Below are positions 16,532-26,804 of a stretch of 41,729 bases of DNA, one piece after another (position 1 is the first letter of the stretch; every line of letters begins with the position of its first letter). Both the position numbers and the translations under genes were made by a program. The stretch is from a virus (Duplodnaviria > Caudoviricetes), in IMG/VR virus record IMGVR_UViG_3300037419_000463, positions 1-41,729 of that record, one strand, 5' to 3'. A model generated the notes under the pieces. That model was given only the letters and a program-made list of their open reading frames with translations. It had not been told where the DNA came from and ran no database searches.

Positions 16532-17017
16532 ATGCCCCTCAAGGCTTACGAGGAGTTCGCGCAGGAACCGCTCGCGTTCCCGATCGGCGGCAAGGTCTAC
16601 ACCGTGCCGCCGCTGGGATTCACTACCGGCATCCGCCTGCAGCGAGTCCTGGCAGGCGAGGACGATTCGCTGAACGATGCACCGGCCGAGGAAGGCTGGC
16701 GCCTCGTCCTCGGCCCCGTCTGGGATCAGATGATCGCCGACGAGGTCCCGATGGAGGCGATGGTCCGAGCCGCGTTTGCCGCTATGACCGACTTCCAGTT
16801 CGGCCGCGAACAGGCCGAGCGGGTGTGGGAGGCGGGTCTCGACCCAAAAGCCTTGGCGGAGGCCGTGATGAACGCCCGCCAGACGCTCGAGGAATTGAAG
16901 CAATCGAGCAGTACGGGCGCGGCGAGCGAGACCCGGAAACGGGCGTCTACGACTGGTACGAGCTCCCCGAAGACCACGAAGCGCGCGGCGGCCAAGGCGC
17001 GGAAGTCCGGCTCCTAG
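16532..17017 (+). CDS. Tail assembly chaperone (G)
   Basis: AGGAG RBS; between major tail and tape measure; PIGGKVYTVPP. Confidence 0.82.
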   Translation: MPLKAYEEFAQEPLAFPIGGKVYTVPPLGFTTGIRLQRVLAGEDDSLNDAPAEEGWRLVLGPVWDQMIADEVPMEAMVRAAFAAMTDFQFGREQAERVWEAGLDPKALAEAVMNARQTLEELKQSSSTGAASETRKRASTTGTSSPKTTKRAAAKARKSGS

Positions 17018-17208
17018 ACGCGATCGAGCAGTGGCCCCTCGTGGTCGCCGACTTCGCAGACCGGAACATCCGCCTGCACCGGGAGCGCGACTCCCTGACG
17101 TGGGCCGAGTTCCGTGACGTGCTCGTGGGCTTGCTGATGGACCCGAATTCGCGCCTGTGGCGCCACTTCTCGCGCGACACGGACGCGGACGAGACCGACG
17201 ACGAGTGA
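16843..17208 (+). CDS. Tail assembly chaperone -1 frameshift extension (GT)
   Basis: Slippery C CCA AAA at 16843-16849; the -1 frame is open to 17208 (W.LV.ADF...LTW.EF...L...SRL). Confidence 0.7.
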   Translation, partial: PKSLGGGRDERPPDARGIEAIEQYGRGERDPETGVYDWYELPEDHEARGGQGAEVRLLDAIEQWPLVVADFADRNIRLHRERDSLTWAEFRDVLVGLLMDPNSRLWRHFSRDTDADETDDE

Positions 17209-17223
17209 CGCGAGGAGGCTCCC

Positions 17224-19737
17224 ATGGCCGGCGAGACCACCGTCGGATCGGTTGTGGGCTTCCTTCGCCTCGACGCGGACCAGTTCCACCGTGAGATCGA
17301 ACAAGCCATCACGGAGACCGACCGGCTCGACGGCAAGAACGTCGACGTAAAGGTCAAGGCCGACACCGCCAAGGCTCAGGCCGAGATGAAGGCCACCTCT
17401 GCGGAGGCGGACCGGCTCGACCGTTCGACGGTGAAGCTTGGTGAGGACTCGCAGCGCAGCAGCCGTGGGATGGGTGCGCTGGCTACGGCGATCCTGTCTC
17501 TCGGCCCCGCGATCGTTCCGCTCGCCACCGCGACGGTCGGTCTTGCTGCCGGGTTCGGCGCGATGGGGTCGGCGGGCATTCTTGCCATCGTCGGCATTAA
17601 GCACGAGATGGAGCAGGGAACCGCCACGGGGCAGGCGTTCTCGTCCTCGCTGGACTCGGCCAAGGGCAGTCTTAACACGCTTGCCTCTGCTGCTGCGAAG
17701 GGTGTTCTGCGTCCGTTCCAGGACACGGTGGCGAACCTGTCGCGGATGCTGCCGGACCTCACCGGCACGATGGGCGAGTTCGGTGCGGTGACGGGCCGTG
17801 TCGGTGGCAACATCGCGGCCGGACTGCTGCAGTCATTCGTCGCGCTCGAGCCCCTGATGCGCGACGTGGGCGTGTACACGTACAACCTGACGCAGCGGTT
17901 CGCGCAGATGATGTCCGGCCCCGGCGTGACCACGTTCGGCGACTACGTGCGGTCAGTGTTTCCGCAGGTGATGCGGGCCGTCGAGGACATCGTGGGTGCC
18001 GCGATCCATCTTGTGGAGGCGCTTGCCCCGCTCGGTGGCGGTATCCTGTCCGCGCTGTCGATGTTCTCCCAGATCATCTCGGCGCTCCCCGTGGATGTGC
18101 TGTCAGCCCTTGCCACGGCTGCGTCTGCCGCGTTCCTCGGGTTCAAGTCGTACGGCCTGATGGCTGGGCTGATCCAGGGCGTCTCCGGTGCGCTGGTGAA
18201 GATGGGCGTCTCCGCTGGGGTCGCCGCGACCGGCATGGCGGCGCTCAACATTGCCGCGGCCGGTATTGGCGCGATCGTCGCCGTCGCCACGTTCCTGTAC
18301 ACCCGTCACGCGGAGGCTGTCCGTCAGGACCAGGCTGCGGTCGACTCGTACACGGATGCACTGCGGCAGTCGAACGGCGTCATCAACGAGAACGTCCGCG
18401 CGACCGCGTTCAAGCAGTTGCAGGACTCGGGCGCGTACGAGGCTGCAAAGACACTCGGGATCGGCCTGTCGCTGGTCACCGACGCGGCTCTGGGTAACAC
18501 GAACGCTGCCAACTCCCTTGGCAAGGCGATGCAGGCCGCGGCTCAGGCTCAGAACGAGTTCGAGGCTGGCGGCAAGCGCACCGGCAAGTCTTCGGCGCAG
18601 GTCAACGACGCGCTGTTGAAGCTGAACGAGGCCGTCGGCACGAACACGGGCCAGTTCCAGCGGGCTCAGCAGGCGCAGAAGGACTGGGCGGACGCGTCGC
18701 AGATTTCGGAGTCGGCCACGACCGCCGCCGATCGAGCCGCCGCTTCTCTTGCCAGCCACCTCGGCACCACCACGCAGGCTTTGCAGGCGGCCACGACGGC
18801 CCAGCAGCAGCAGGCGGGTTCGGCTGCGGCGGCGCTGGTGCAGATGCAGTTGGAGAACGACGCTGCGGGCATTCTGAAGGACACGCTCGACAAGCTGAAC
18901 GGCAAGGCACTGTCCGCTGCGGATGCACAGAACGCGTTCGACTCGTCGCTGGCGAACATGGGCACGCACGTCACCTCGACGGGCAAGAAGGTCGAGTTCA
19001 CGACGTCCTCGATCAACAACATGTCGGCCGCTTCTGTGGCGCTGCGTGGTCAGTTGAACGGTCAGGTGTCGAACCTGCAGCGTGTGGTCGAGGCGAATGG
19101 TGGCCTGTCGGAGTCGACGGGCAAGGCGCGCGCCACGATGGTGAAGATGCGTCAGCAGATCATTGACAACGCTGTCGCGCACGGTGTGGACCGGGCTGCG
19201 GTCACGGCGTACATCGACAAGCTGCTGAAGATCCCCGCGAAGGTCCCGCCGACGAAGCTCGACGTGGACAACGCTGCGGCCCTGACGAAGATCGCCAACC
19301 TCAAGTCCGCCCTGGCTGGCCTGCACGACCGGACCCTGTCTGTCACGGTCAACGAGCAGCGGTTCGTGAACAGCGGCCCCAGCGCGGGCGGTGGGCGGAA
19401 CACCTCGGGTGGTTCGACCAACGCGAACGGCAACATCTACACCGCGTTCGCTGCGGGCGGGTTTGAGAACCACGTCGCGCAGATCGCGCCGGCTGGTGCG
19501 ATGCGACTGTGGGCCGAGCCCGAGACGGGCGGCGAGGCGTACATCCCGCTCGCCCCGTCGAAGCGGACCCGGTCGAAGGCCATCTGGGAGGAGACGGGTC
19601 GGCTGCTCGGCATGGGCGGCGACTCGATCGACTATGACCGGCTGGCTCGTGCGGTTGCGTCCGCGGTTGCTGGTGTGACGCTGCGCCCTTCGATTTCGGC
19701 TGGCTCCTTCGACTCTGCGATGGGGGTGCGGGTGTGA
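17224..19737 (+). CDS. Tape measure protein
   Basis: 837 aa, Ala/Gly-rich and helical; C-terminal FA.GG...WAEPETGGEAYIPL motif. Confidence 0.92.
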   Translation: MAGETTVGSVVGFLRLDADQFHREIEQAITETDRLDGKNVDVKVKADTAKAQAEMKATSAEADRLDRSTVKLGEDSQRSSRGMGALATAILSLGPAIVPLATATVGLAAGFGAMGSAGILAIVGIKHEMEQGTATGQAFSSSLDSAKGSLNTLASAAAKGVLRPFQDTVANLSRMLPDLTGTMGEFGAVTGRVGGNIAAGLLQSFVALEPLMRDVGVYTYNLTQRFAQMMSGPGVTTFGDYVRSVFPQVMRAVEDIVGAAIHLVEALAPLGGGILSALSMFSQIISALPVDVLSALATAASAAFLGFKSYGLMAGLIQGVSGALVKMGVSAGVAATGMAALNIAAAGIGAIVAVATFLYTRHAEAVRQDQAAVDSYTDALRQSNGVINENVRATAFKQLQDSGAYEAAKTLGIGLSLVTDAALGNTNAANSLGKAMQAAAQAQNEFEAGGKRTGKSSAQVNDALLKLNEAVGTNTGQFQRAQQAQKDWADASQISESATTAADRAAASLASHLGTTTQALQAATTAQQQQAGSAAAALVQMQLENDAAGILKDTLDKLNGKALSAADAQNAFDSSLANMGTHVTSTGKKVEFTTSSINNMSAASVALRGQLNGQVSNLQRVVEANGGLSESTGKARATMVKMRQQIIDNAVAHGVDRAAVTAYIDKLLKIPAKVPPTKLDVDNAAALTKIANLKSALAGLHDRTLSVTVNEQRFVNSGPSAGGGRNTSGGSTNANGNIYTAFAAGGFENHVAQIAPAGAMRLWAEPETGGEAYIPLAPSKRTRSKAIWEETGRLLGMGGDSIDYDRLARAVASAVAGVTLRPSISAGSFDSAMGVRV

Positions 19738-20585
19738 CGTCGTCGCTGGTGTTCAACGGGTTCGACTTCACGGCGGCTTCGTCACCTCGCGGCGGCCGGT
19801 TCCGCACCCTTTCGCTCGAGGGCTGGCATTCGGTCAGCCTGCGGCGTGAGCGGCTGTCAAGGTCCCAGCAGTCCGGCGCATGGCCCTCGACGGGTTTTCC
19901 CGACTCCGGGCAGATCGTCGCCGCGGGCGTCGCCACCTACCCCTCTGATGCGTCCGCCGCGCTCGAGCGGCGTGAGCTGCTGGCGCTAGCCGTTCAAGAT
20001 CGTGGCCCCATCACCGTCGTGGATGCGGCCGGCGAATGGACGCGGACTGTCGAAGTTGACGCCCTTTCGGCATCACCCGTGATGGACCGCATGTTCTCGT
20101 GGACGCTGGCGGTTACGGCCTGTGACCCGCTGGTGTACGGCCCGGCCACGTTTGGCGCGACCACGCTCGCCTCCACCGCTGGTGGGGCTGGCATGGTCTA
20201 CCCGCTTGCCTACCCGCTCGACTACGGGGTGGCTGCGGGTATCACCCCGGGTGCGATCTCCGTGCTCAATGGGGGTACGGCGTCATACTACCCGCGCATT
20301 CGGATCGATGGGCCGGTGACGAATCCCGTTGTATCTCTTGTTGAGACCGGCGATGTCATCGGGTTCGCGGGAACAGTCCAGGCGGGACAGCACCTCGACA
20401 TCAACGCAGGTGCCCCGAGAAGGGCCACCATCGGCGACAACCCAGTTTCGGTGCGACGCAAGGTTGCCTCGACGGGCAACTGGCTTGCCGTCCCGGTCGG
20501 CGGTGGCTCCATCACGTTCTCCGCAGACACCGCCGACCCTGCCGCACAACTGTCCGTTTGGGCCTACGAAGGAGCTTGGTCGTGA
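19734..20585 (+). CDS. Distal tail (Dit-like) minor tail protein
   Basis: Follows the tape measure; A.DP..YG and N.G....YP.I.I.GP..NP motifs. Confidence 0.8.
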   Translation: MTSSLVFNGFDFTAASSPRGGRFRTLSLEGWHSVSLRRERLSRSQQSGAWPSTGFPDSGQIVAAGVATYPSDASAALERRELLALAVQDRGPITVVDAAGEWTRTVEVDALSASPVMDRMFSWTLAVTACDPLVYGPATFGATTLASTAGGAGMVYPLAYPLDYGVAAGITPGAISVLNGGTASYYPRIRIDGPVTNPVVSLVETGDVIGFAGTVQAGQHLDINAGAPRRATIGDNPVSVRRKVASTGNWLAVPVGGGSITFSADTADPAAQLSVWAYEGAWS

Positions 20586-21370
20586 CCGTGTTCGAATGGC
20601 AGAAGGCCGGGAACAGCGAGCAGCAGCAGAAGCAGGCGACCGCCTACCTGTTCTCGATGGCCTCGACGGGCACTGCGGATGCGGGCGTCCTCCAGGGGCT
20701 CGGCGTGAACCAGACGACCACCGAGTCGTCCTCGGTTCTCGTGAATGCTGGTGGGTGCGTGGTGCAGGAGACCGCAAGCGCCGGGGCGTCGGTCATGGTC
20801 AACGACACGCAGATCACTCTTGACGTCCTTATCGGCAACCCGATGGGCGGCCTCCCCCGCAACGACATCGTCGTCATGGACCGGGCCACCACGAGCATCC
20901 GGGCCATCATTGGCACTCCCAACGCCGTGCCGACCGACCCGACCGTGCCGACGTCTGCCGTGCCGTTGGCGAGGCTCCGCAATCCGGCATCCGCCACGAC
21001 GGTCAAGCAGGCCAACATCGACGACCTGCGGAACTACACCTACGTGGGCAGCACTTACGGCACGTGGTTCCTCCTTCCTCTGGCAAGCGGGGTCTCTGGA
21101 ACCTTGAAGTACCGCAGGCGGGGCGGGACGACCGACATCGCCATCGACGTGACGGGCACCTTCGCCGGGGCCGGGTTCACCGTGATCTCCGCGGCCGGGG
21201 CGGTTCCTTCGCAGGCTCGTCCGACCATCACTCCTGCTCGCGCTGTTGCCTATGTCGGGTCCGGCTCCACCCTCGGCACGGTTGAGGTTGACACGGCCGG
21301 GACGATCCGCGTGCAGAACGCCGCCGCCTTCTCGCTGGCAAAGACGACTTTCTGCTTCCCTGCCGGCTGA
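20582..21370 (+). CDS. Minor tail protein
   Basis: PR.DIVV...GTP...P..P..P...LA...I.D.R motif common in actinophage tail proteins. Confidence 0.75.
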   Translation: MTVFEWQKAGNSEQQQKQATAYLFSMASTGTADAGVLQGLGVNQTTTESSSVLVNAGGCVVQETASAGASVMVNDTQITLDVLIGNPMGGLPRNDIVVMDRATTSIRAIIGTPNAVPTDPTVPTSAVPLARLRNPASATTVKQANIDDLRNYTYVGSTYGTWFLLPLASGVSGTLKYRRRGGTTDIAIDVTGTFAGAGFTVISAAGAVPSQARPTITPARAVAYVGSGSTLGTVEVDTAGTIRVQNAAAFSLAKTTFCFPAG

Positions 21371-22644
21371 TGCCGAAGTATGTGGTCTACGCGACCCGAT
21401 ACGACGACCCGCACATCATTGAGGAAATCCCCGCACGGAACCTCGAATTTTCGCTCCCGCTCTCAGACCACGGAACGGCCACGTTCTCCGCGCAGGTGGA
21501 GCCGGGTGGGTCGCTGTGGCGCGACGCGATCTCACTACCGCTATCTGGCGTCCTCATTGCCCGCGACGACGTCCCCGTCTGGCAGGGATGGGTCACGGAC
21601 GAGCGCCTGGACGGGCTGCGGTCGTTCCAGTTCACCTGCAAGGAGTGGGGCGCGTTCTTCGCCCAAGTTCCCGCCGTGGCGCGCACGTGGTCGAACGTGA
21701 ACGACCACAAGATTTTCCGTGACCTCATCACTGACGCGCAGGCCGTGTCGGGGCAGAACGTGCAGGTGCAGGTCGACTCCACCACCTCCGGGTCTGCCTT
21801 TTCGGACCGGGTCGTGAACTGGTGGGACGACACGACGGTGGAGCGTGAATTCCGCTCCGTCTCCACCGCGATCGGCGGCCCCGAGTGGTACTTCCACACG
21901 ACGGGAACCATCGACAACCCGGTTCGGCGGCTTGTGCTGGGCGACCGGCTGGGGCTCACGTCCGACGATGACGACATCCCCGTGCTGGAATACGTCGAAG
22001 ACACGGAGGACTACGCCTCCCCCGACGCGCCGCCCATGGTGGCCCTGCTCGGTGAGCTGTACCCGGGGCTGGCGCCGATTGTCCCAACGCGTCGCGCTGG
22101 CGGAAACCTGATCGCCCACAACCGGACGCGAAGCACCACGACTTGCGCCACGGTCAGCCAGGCGTGGGGTTCAGGCCAGGACGCCTCGCGGCTGTTCCGG
22201 GGGGCGCAGGCGGACGACCTGCTTACGGCGGGCTGGCCGAGGCTGACCCGGTCTGTGGTCTACCCGGATGTCGTGATCGCAACGACACTGCAGGAGCACG
22301 CGCAGGACGACCTCGACCTGTCGGCAGGGATCGCCACTGGGTATTCCCTGATCGCGCTGGACGACGACCCGGACTGGACGCAGACGCCGCGCGGGTCGTC
22401 GGTGCGAGTTGTGCTCGACACCGACATCTACGGCGCTGAGCGTCCCGTTGGTGGCCCCTTCGGATTCGATGCTCGGCTGCTTGGGCACACGATCCGAGTG
22501 TCTGACTCTGGGCCTGCTCAGGTCGAGTGGCAGATCGCCACTGTCGAGGAGCTTGCTTCGCAGATGTCTTCCGACACGCCTTTGCGGAGGCGCACATGGT
22601 CGGGAACCCCGTGGGTGCCGCCTAGGACATGGAGGCCGAGCTGA
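21370..22644 (+). CDS. Minor tail protein (baseplate hub/Tal-like)
   Basis: Position, size, PVW.G.V and GGPEW motifs. Confidence 0.75.
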   Translation: MPKYVVYATRYDDPHIIEEIPARNLEFSLPLSDHGTATFSAQVEPGGSLWRDAISLPLSGVLIARDDVPVWQGWVTDERLDGLRSFQFTCKEWGAFFAQVPAVARTWSNVNDHKIFRDLITDAQAVSGQNVQVQVDSTTSGSAFSDRVVNWWDDTTVEREFRSVSTAIGGPEWYFHTTGTIDNPVRRLVLGDRLGLTSDDDDIPVLEYVEDTEDYASPDAPPMVALLGELYPGLAPIVPTRRAGGNLIAHNRTRSTTTCATVSQAWGSGQDASRLFRGAQADDLLTAGWPRLTRSVVYPDVVIATTLQEHAQDDLDLSAGIATGYSLIALDDDPDWTQTPRGSSVRVVLDTDIYGAERPVGGPFGFDARLLGHTIRVSDSGPAQVEWQIATVEELASQMSSDTPLRRRTWSGTPWVPPRTWRPS

Positions 22645-23471
22645 TGGCGTCGACACCACAGCCGTACCGCAGGCTTAGCACCGAATTGCGGAAGGCGCAG
22701 GAGCAGGCTCGGCGGCAGTCGAACTCGTCCGCCCTGTATGGGACCGGGTGGACGGTGGTTGACACCGGGCAGATCATGCAGGACGGGTCGGTGACGATCC
22801 CGAACAACGGCCTGCTGCTGGTCGATGGCGGCGACGTCGTCATGCTTGACGCAGCCCCGGCCGCTACCGAGATCTTCCGGCTCGGGGTGCAGACCTACGG
22901 CGACCGAGGAATCACGATCCGCCGCGCTGATGGCACCGTCGCGATCGAGGTAAAGAAGCCGTTCGCACCCACCGACCTGCACCAGTCGTTCATCATCCGC
23001 GACCCGTCGGGCAGGGCGATCGGCGGCGACTCCATCCTCGCGGCCAGCGGGTTCGACGCCCCGAACATCCCCATCCCGTTCATCCCGGCCGACCCCACGA
23101 ACACCTCCATCGCGGTTACCACGTCAGCGACGACGTTCACCGCCACGCATGAGCACCGTGGGTTCCGGCAGAACCCGGCCCTGAAGCCGCAGTACAAGGT
23201 GAAGTGCTCCGACGGCACCACCACCTGCGACATTCAGGTGTGGGACGTGCTGAACTCCGTCTACCTCGGCGGGTTCCTGGGTTCGCCGGCAACGCTCACG
23301 ATCAGCGTGCCAGCCGGGACAACCGCGTTCACCGTGTTCGAGTTCGCGTCAGCCCTACAGCTGCCCGGGCTCATGGGTGACGCGATGCAGCTCGAGCTCC
23401 ACGTCAAGCGCACGGCGGGCACCGGGTCCATCACCATCGCGCCCGTCCGGTCCTTCGGGTCCGGGTTCTAG
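22644..23471 (+). CDS. Minor tail protein
   Basis: N-terminal short coiled coil followed by a beta-rich body; TGATG coupling. Confidence 0.7.
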   Translation: MASTPQPYRRLSTELRKAQEQARRQSNSSALYGTGWTVVDTGQIMQDGSVTIPNNGLLLVDGGDVVMLDAAPAATEIFRLGVQTYGDRGITIRRADGTVAIEVKKPFAPTDLHQSFIIRDPSGRAIGGDSILAASGFDAPNIPIPFIPADPTNTSIAVTTSATTFTATHEHRGFRQNPALKPQYKVKCSDGTTTCDIQVWDVLNSVYLGGFLGSPATLTISVPAGTTAFTVFEFASALQLPGLMGDAMQLELHVKRTAGTGSITIAPVRSFGSGF

Positions 23472-23554
23472 CCCGTTCTGCTCGGCACGGTCCTTGACGG
23501 CCTTGACCTTCGCAAGCCGCACGGACTCAGGCTGCTTCCGCTCGCGCCACCACA

Positions 23555-23905
23555 TCACTTGCACCACCCCAGCACGTACACGTCGCCCGCGTTGGCGAGC
23601 TTCCAGCCCTCGTCGAAGGTGACGAGCCGGACGACGCCGCGGTCACCGATGCCGTCACGGGCGGGGGCGACGGCGACGCGCTTGGTGAGGGCGGGGGTTT
23701 CGGAGCAGCCGAGCGCCCGGACCTGCTCGCGGAGGAGCACGACCGCGTCACGGGAGGCGTAGTCGTTCTGGCGGTCGTTCTGGCACCAGTGGGCGGTGCA
23801 CTGCGACGCGATCTGCACCTCATGCGTGCCGCCGAAGTTGAGTGCGGCAAAGGCCAGCAGCGACAGCGGCAGTGTGCCAACGAACGATGTGAAGACCTTG
23901 CCCAT
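23555..23905 (-). CDS. Leftward secreted/membrane-anchored hypothetical protein
   Basis: AAGGGGG RBS; N-terminal hydrophobic segment; four Cys; fills the gap between tail genes. Confidence 0.6.
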   Translation of the reverse strand: MGKVFTSFVGTLPLSLLAFAALNFGGTHEVQIASQCTAHWCQNDRQNDYASRDAVVLLREQVRALGCSETPALTKRVAVAPARDGIGDRGVVRLVTFDEGWKLANAGDVYVLGWCK

Positions 23906-24027
23906 TGCTTCCCCCTTGGTGCGTCCCCGTCGGTTCCCCCCGACGGGATAAGACTCCCGCTTCGCCACATTTCCCCGCATCGGTGGCATTACCGATCTTC
24001 TGACGCAACCCGACCCGTGGAGGTTCC

Positions 24028-25725
24028 GTGGCGACGTACACGTTCACTGAGACGCTGGTGACCGACGTCCTCCCTGGCGGGAACCTGAAGGCGCTGCGGA
24101 ACACGGTCGTGACGGTGAAGAACGCGTCCACGAGCGCGGTCCTGTTCACGGTGACCACGGACAACAACGGTCAGGTGTCGTTCTCCACGACCGACGTGCC
24201 GACTGTGATCCTGACGTCGGGCACGTTCACCCGCCGCGTCACCTCACAGGACGCGATCGAGTCCGCAGCTGGGTTCACGGTGTCTGAGGATGCGGCGATC
24301 GCGTCGAACATCAACAGCACCTCGTCGTCGACCCGCGCAGCACTGGACAGCAAGTACGTCGGCAAGGGTGCGCTGGTCGTCAATGTCAAGGACTACGGGG
24401 CGGTTGGTGACGGCACCACCGACGACACGACCGCAGTGCAGAACGCTATCAACGCGGCCGGCGTCGGCGGCAAGGTCATCCTGCCCCGCGGTGCCGGCGC
24501 GAACGCACGGTACCGCTGCAACTCCGGTCTGACCCTTCTCGACTACCAGACGCTCGAGGCCACCGGACAGTCCGTCACCCGCACCGCCGTCCCCACCGTC
24601 GAGCTGTACTTCCCCGCGCTTACGGGCGCGGCTGTGGCCCTAACGCTCGGGGCAGGCAACACGATCCGCAACGTGCAGTTGCGCGGCCCCGGGTCGGCCA
24701 CCGGAACAGTCGTGGGCATCTCATGCGGCGCGACCGAGGCGACATACGACTTCGTATACCTCATGTCGTTCGCCACGGGCGTCTCCCAGACTGGCACCTA
24801 CTACTCGGTTTTCAACCGGTGCGGGTGGCGTTCCAATGGGGTCGGCCTGAGCCTGACCGGCTGCTACAACGTGAACCTGAACAACCCGCGGTTCGCGTGC
24901 CAGAACGAGACTTCGACCGCGTGGGGTACCGCGATCCAGGCAGGCACCGTGCGACCGCTCACCATCAACGGCGGGTCGTTCGAGGAGTACGGGTCTGCGG
25001 GTGGCATCAAGGTCACGGCGGCTCAGTCGCAGGTCAACCTGTTCGGCACCTACTGGGAGTCGAACGCGACGACCAGCCCCGTCGGGCTCGTCGCAACCGG
25101 GTTGACGTCCGTGTCCGTGACGGCTATGGGCAACCTCGTCTACCTCGACGGCCACGCGAACTGGATGGACTTCACCGGCAGCACCGGCCGCATCATCTCC
25201 AAGGGTCACAGGTTCTCGTGCGCCTCTGGGTCCACGACGACGCCGACCGTCTACAAGATGACGGCGGGTGGGTTTGTTCGCGGCGAGCTTGGCCCGGACG
25301 ACTGGGCTGACGTGGTCAAGGCTTCGGTCGGGTTCGATGGGCAGGCGGTCGGCAACGCACCTGGCCTGACAATCCAGAGGCCCAATGGATTCGGGTCCGG
25401 TTCGTCGGACATCGTCATGCAGGGTCGTGCGATTGCGCAGGCGCAGAAGACGGTGACGGCGAACTACACCGTGACCGGCGACGACTACACGATCGTCGGC
25501 AACGGCACGTCCATCACGGTCACCCTGCCGGACCCCCTGTCGGGTAACACGCTGAAGGGTCGCCGGTACGTCATCAAGAACATCAACTCAACGTCGCTGA
25601 CGGTGAACTGCTCGCCCGGCACTCGCACGATCGATGGGGCCACGTCGCAGACGCTGACGCAGTGGCAGTCCATGACGGTCGAGTGCGACTTCTCCACTGG
25701 CTACCTCATCGTCGGCAAGTCCTAA
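24028..25725 (+). CDS. Tail spike / receptor-binding protein with pectate-lyase-like beta-helix
   Basis: VNVKDYGAVGDGTTDDT.A.Q.AI motif, beta-helix-like repeats, C-terminal T.TLP...IKN...TIDG domain. Confidence 0.82.
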   Translation: MATYTFTETLVTDVLPGGNLKALRNTVVTVKNASTSAVLFTVTTDNNGQVSFSTTDVPTVILTSGTFTRRVTSQDAIESAAGFTVSEDAAIASNINSTSSSTRAALDSKYVGKGALVVNVKDYGAVGDGTTDDTTAVQNAINAAGVGGKVILPRGAGANARYRCNSGLTLLDYQTLEATGQSVTRTAVPTVELYFPALTGAAVALTLGAGNTIRNVQLRGPGSATGTVVGISCGATEATYDFVYLMSFATGVSQTGTYYSVFNRCGWRSNGVGLSLTGCYNVNLNNPRFACQNETSTAWGTAIQAGTVRPLTINGGSFEEYGSAGGIKVTAAQSQVNLFGTYWESNATTSPVGLVATGLTSVSVTAMGNLVYLDGHANWMDFTGSTGRIISKGHRFSCASGSTTTPTVYKMTAGGFVRGELGPDDWADVVKASVGFDGQAVGNAPGLTIQRPNGFGSGSSDIVMQGRAIAQAQKTVTANYTVTGDDYTIVGNGTSITVTLPDPLSGNTLKGRRYVIKNINSTSLTVNCSPGTRTIDGATSQTLTQWQSMTVECDFSTGYLIVGKS

Positions 25726-25743
25726 CGCAGGGAGTCCCGTGTC

Positions 25744-26040
25744 GTGAGCATCCCCACCAGCGGGTCAGACCAGCCGAAAGCAATCGAGCCGGTACCCGTT
25801 CAACTGACCCGCATAGAGGGCACCGTCAACCTCATCGCCTACCAGTTCGGCGAGGTCAAGGAAGACATCAAGCAGATGCGCGGCGAGGTGTCGGCACTTA
25901 CCAGCCGCGTGCAGGCCGTCGAGCTCGCACAGGCTGCTTCGTCCGGGGCCTCGTCGTCGTGGCGTCTGTGGCTGCCCACCATCATCGCCGCGATCGGTGT
26001 GCTCGGCGCGCTCGGTCTCGGCGGCACGTTCGGGAGGTAA
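25744..26040 (+). CDS. Lysis-cassette coiled-coil protein with C-terminal TM helix
   Basis: LTRIEG...coiled coil...WLPTIIAAIGVLGAL; upstream of the endolysin. Confidence 0.7.
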   Translation: MSIPTSGSDQPKAIEPVPVQLTRIEGTVNLIAYQFGEVKEDIKQMRGEVSALTSRVQAVELAQAASSGASSSWRLWLPTIIAAIGVLGALGLGGTFGR

Positions 26041-26043
26041 ACC

Positions 26044-26802
26044 GTGGCGTGGTACCCGCAGGCTGTCCGCAAGAACATCCCGCCCGGCCCGAACGACCCG
26101 CCCATCAAGCCGCGCCTCGCCATCCTGCACGTCGCAGCCACCGAGGCCGACTCCCTGTACGGCTGGTTCAACGGGCCATCGGGCGGCATCGAGTCACACT
26201 TCTACGTCAAGTACGACGGGTCGGTCGAGCAGTACCGCGACACCGCGTACCAGGCCGACGCGAACGTGATGGCGAACGACTTCGCCGTGTCGATCGAGAC
26301 GCAAGGGCTAGCAAACGGCACGTGGACGGACGCGCAACTCGCCACCATCAAGGCGCTGCTGACGTGGCTGCACACGACGCACGGCATCCCGCTCGTGGTG
26401 CCGGCCACGTGGGACGGCTCCGGTGTCGGCTACCACGTCCTGTTCGAGGCGCAGTGGGACCAGCGTGGCGCGTCCTGCCCTGGCCCGAACCGGATCACTC
26501 AGTTCAAGAACGTGCTCGTGCCGTGGATGGCTGCGGGCGGAAACGGAGACGACATGTCGGCTCAGGACGTCAAGGCTGTCAATGACTACACCGCCGCGCT
26601 GGTGGTGTACGGGTACGACTCGAACGGCAAGCGGCAGCCGTCGCTGGCCCAGCAGATCAACACCCTGTCCGCGCAGGTGGCCGCACTGTCGACCGCCGTC
26701 ACCGCGCTCGCCAACGCGAAGGGTGCCGACGCGGCCGCCATCACCAAGGCCGTCGTCGACAAGGTCGCGTCGCTGCAGCTCACCCTCACCCCCAAGGAGT
26801 AG
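26044..26802 (+). CDS. Endolysin, N-acetylmuramoyl-L-alanine amidase (Amidase_2)
   Basis: ILH...SHFYV...SIETQG...GYH...SCPG Zn-amidase motifs. Confidence 0.88.
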   Translation: MAWYPQAVRKNIPPGPNDPPIKPRLAILHVAATEADSLYGWFNGPSGGIESHFYVKYDGSVEQYRDTAYQADANVMANDFAVSIETQGLANGTWTDAQLATIKALLTWLHTTHGIPLVVPATWDGSGVGYHVLFEAQWDQRGASCPGPNRITQFKNVLVPWMAAGGNGDDMSAQDVKAVNDYTAALVVYGYDSNGKRQPSLAQQINTLSAQVAALSTAVTALANAKGADAAAITKAVVDKVASLQLTLTPKE

Positions 26803-26804
26803 TC

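Noticed and set aside
24028-25725. Invertible tail-fibre (shufflon) system
   Set aside because: No invertase and no inverted-repeat-flanked alternative C-termini seen.
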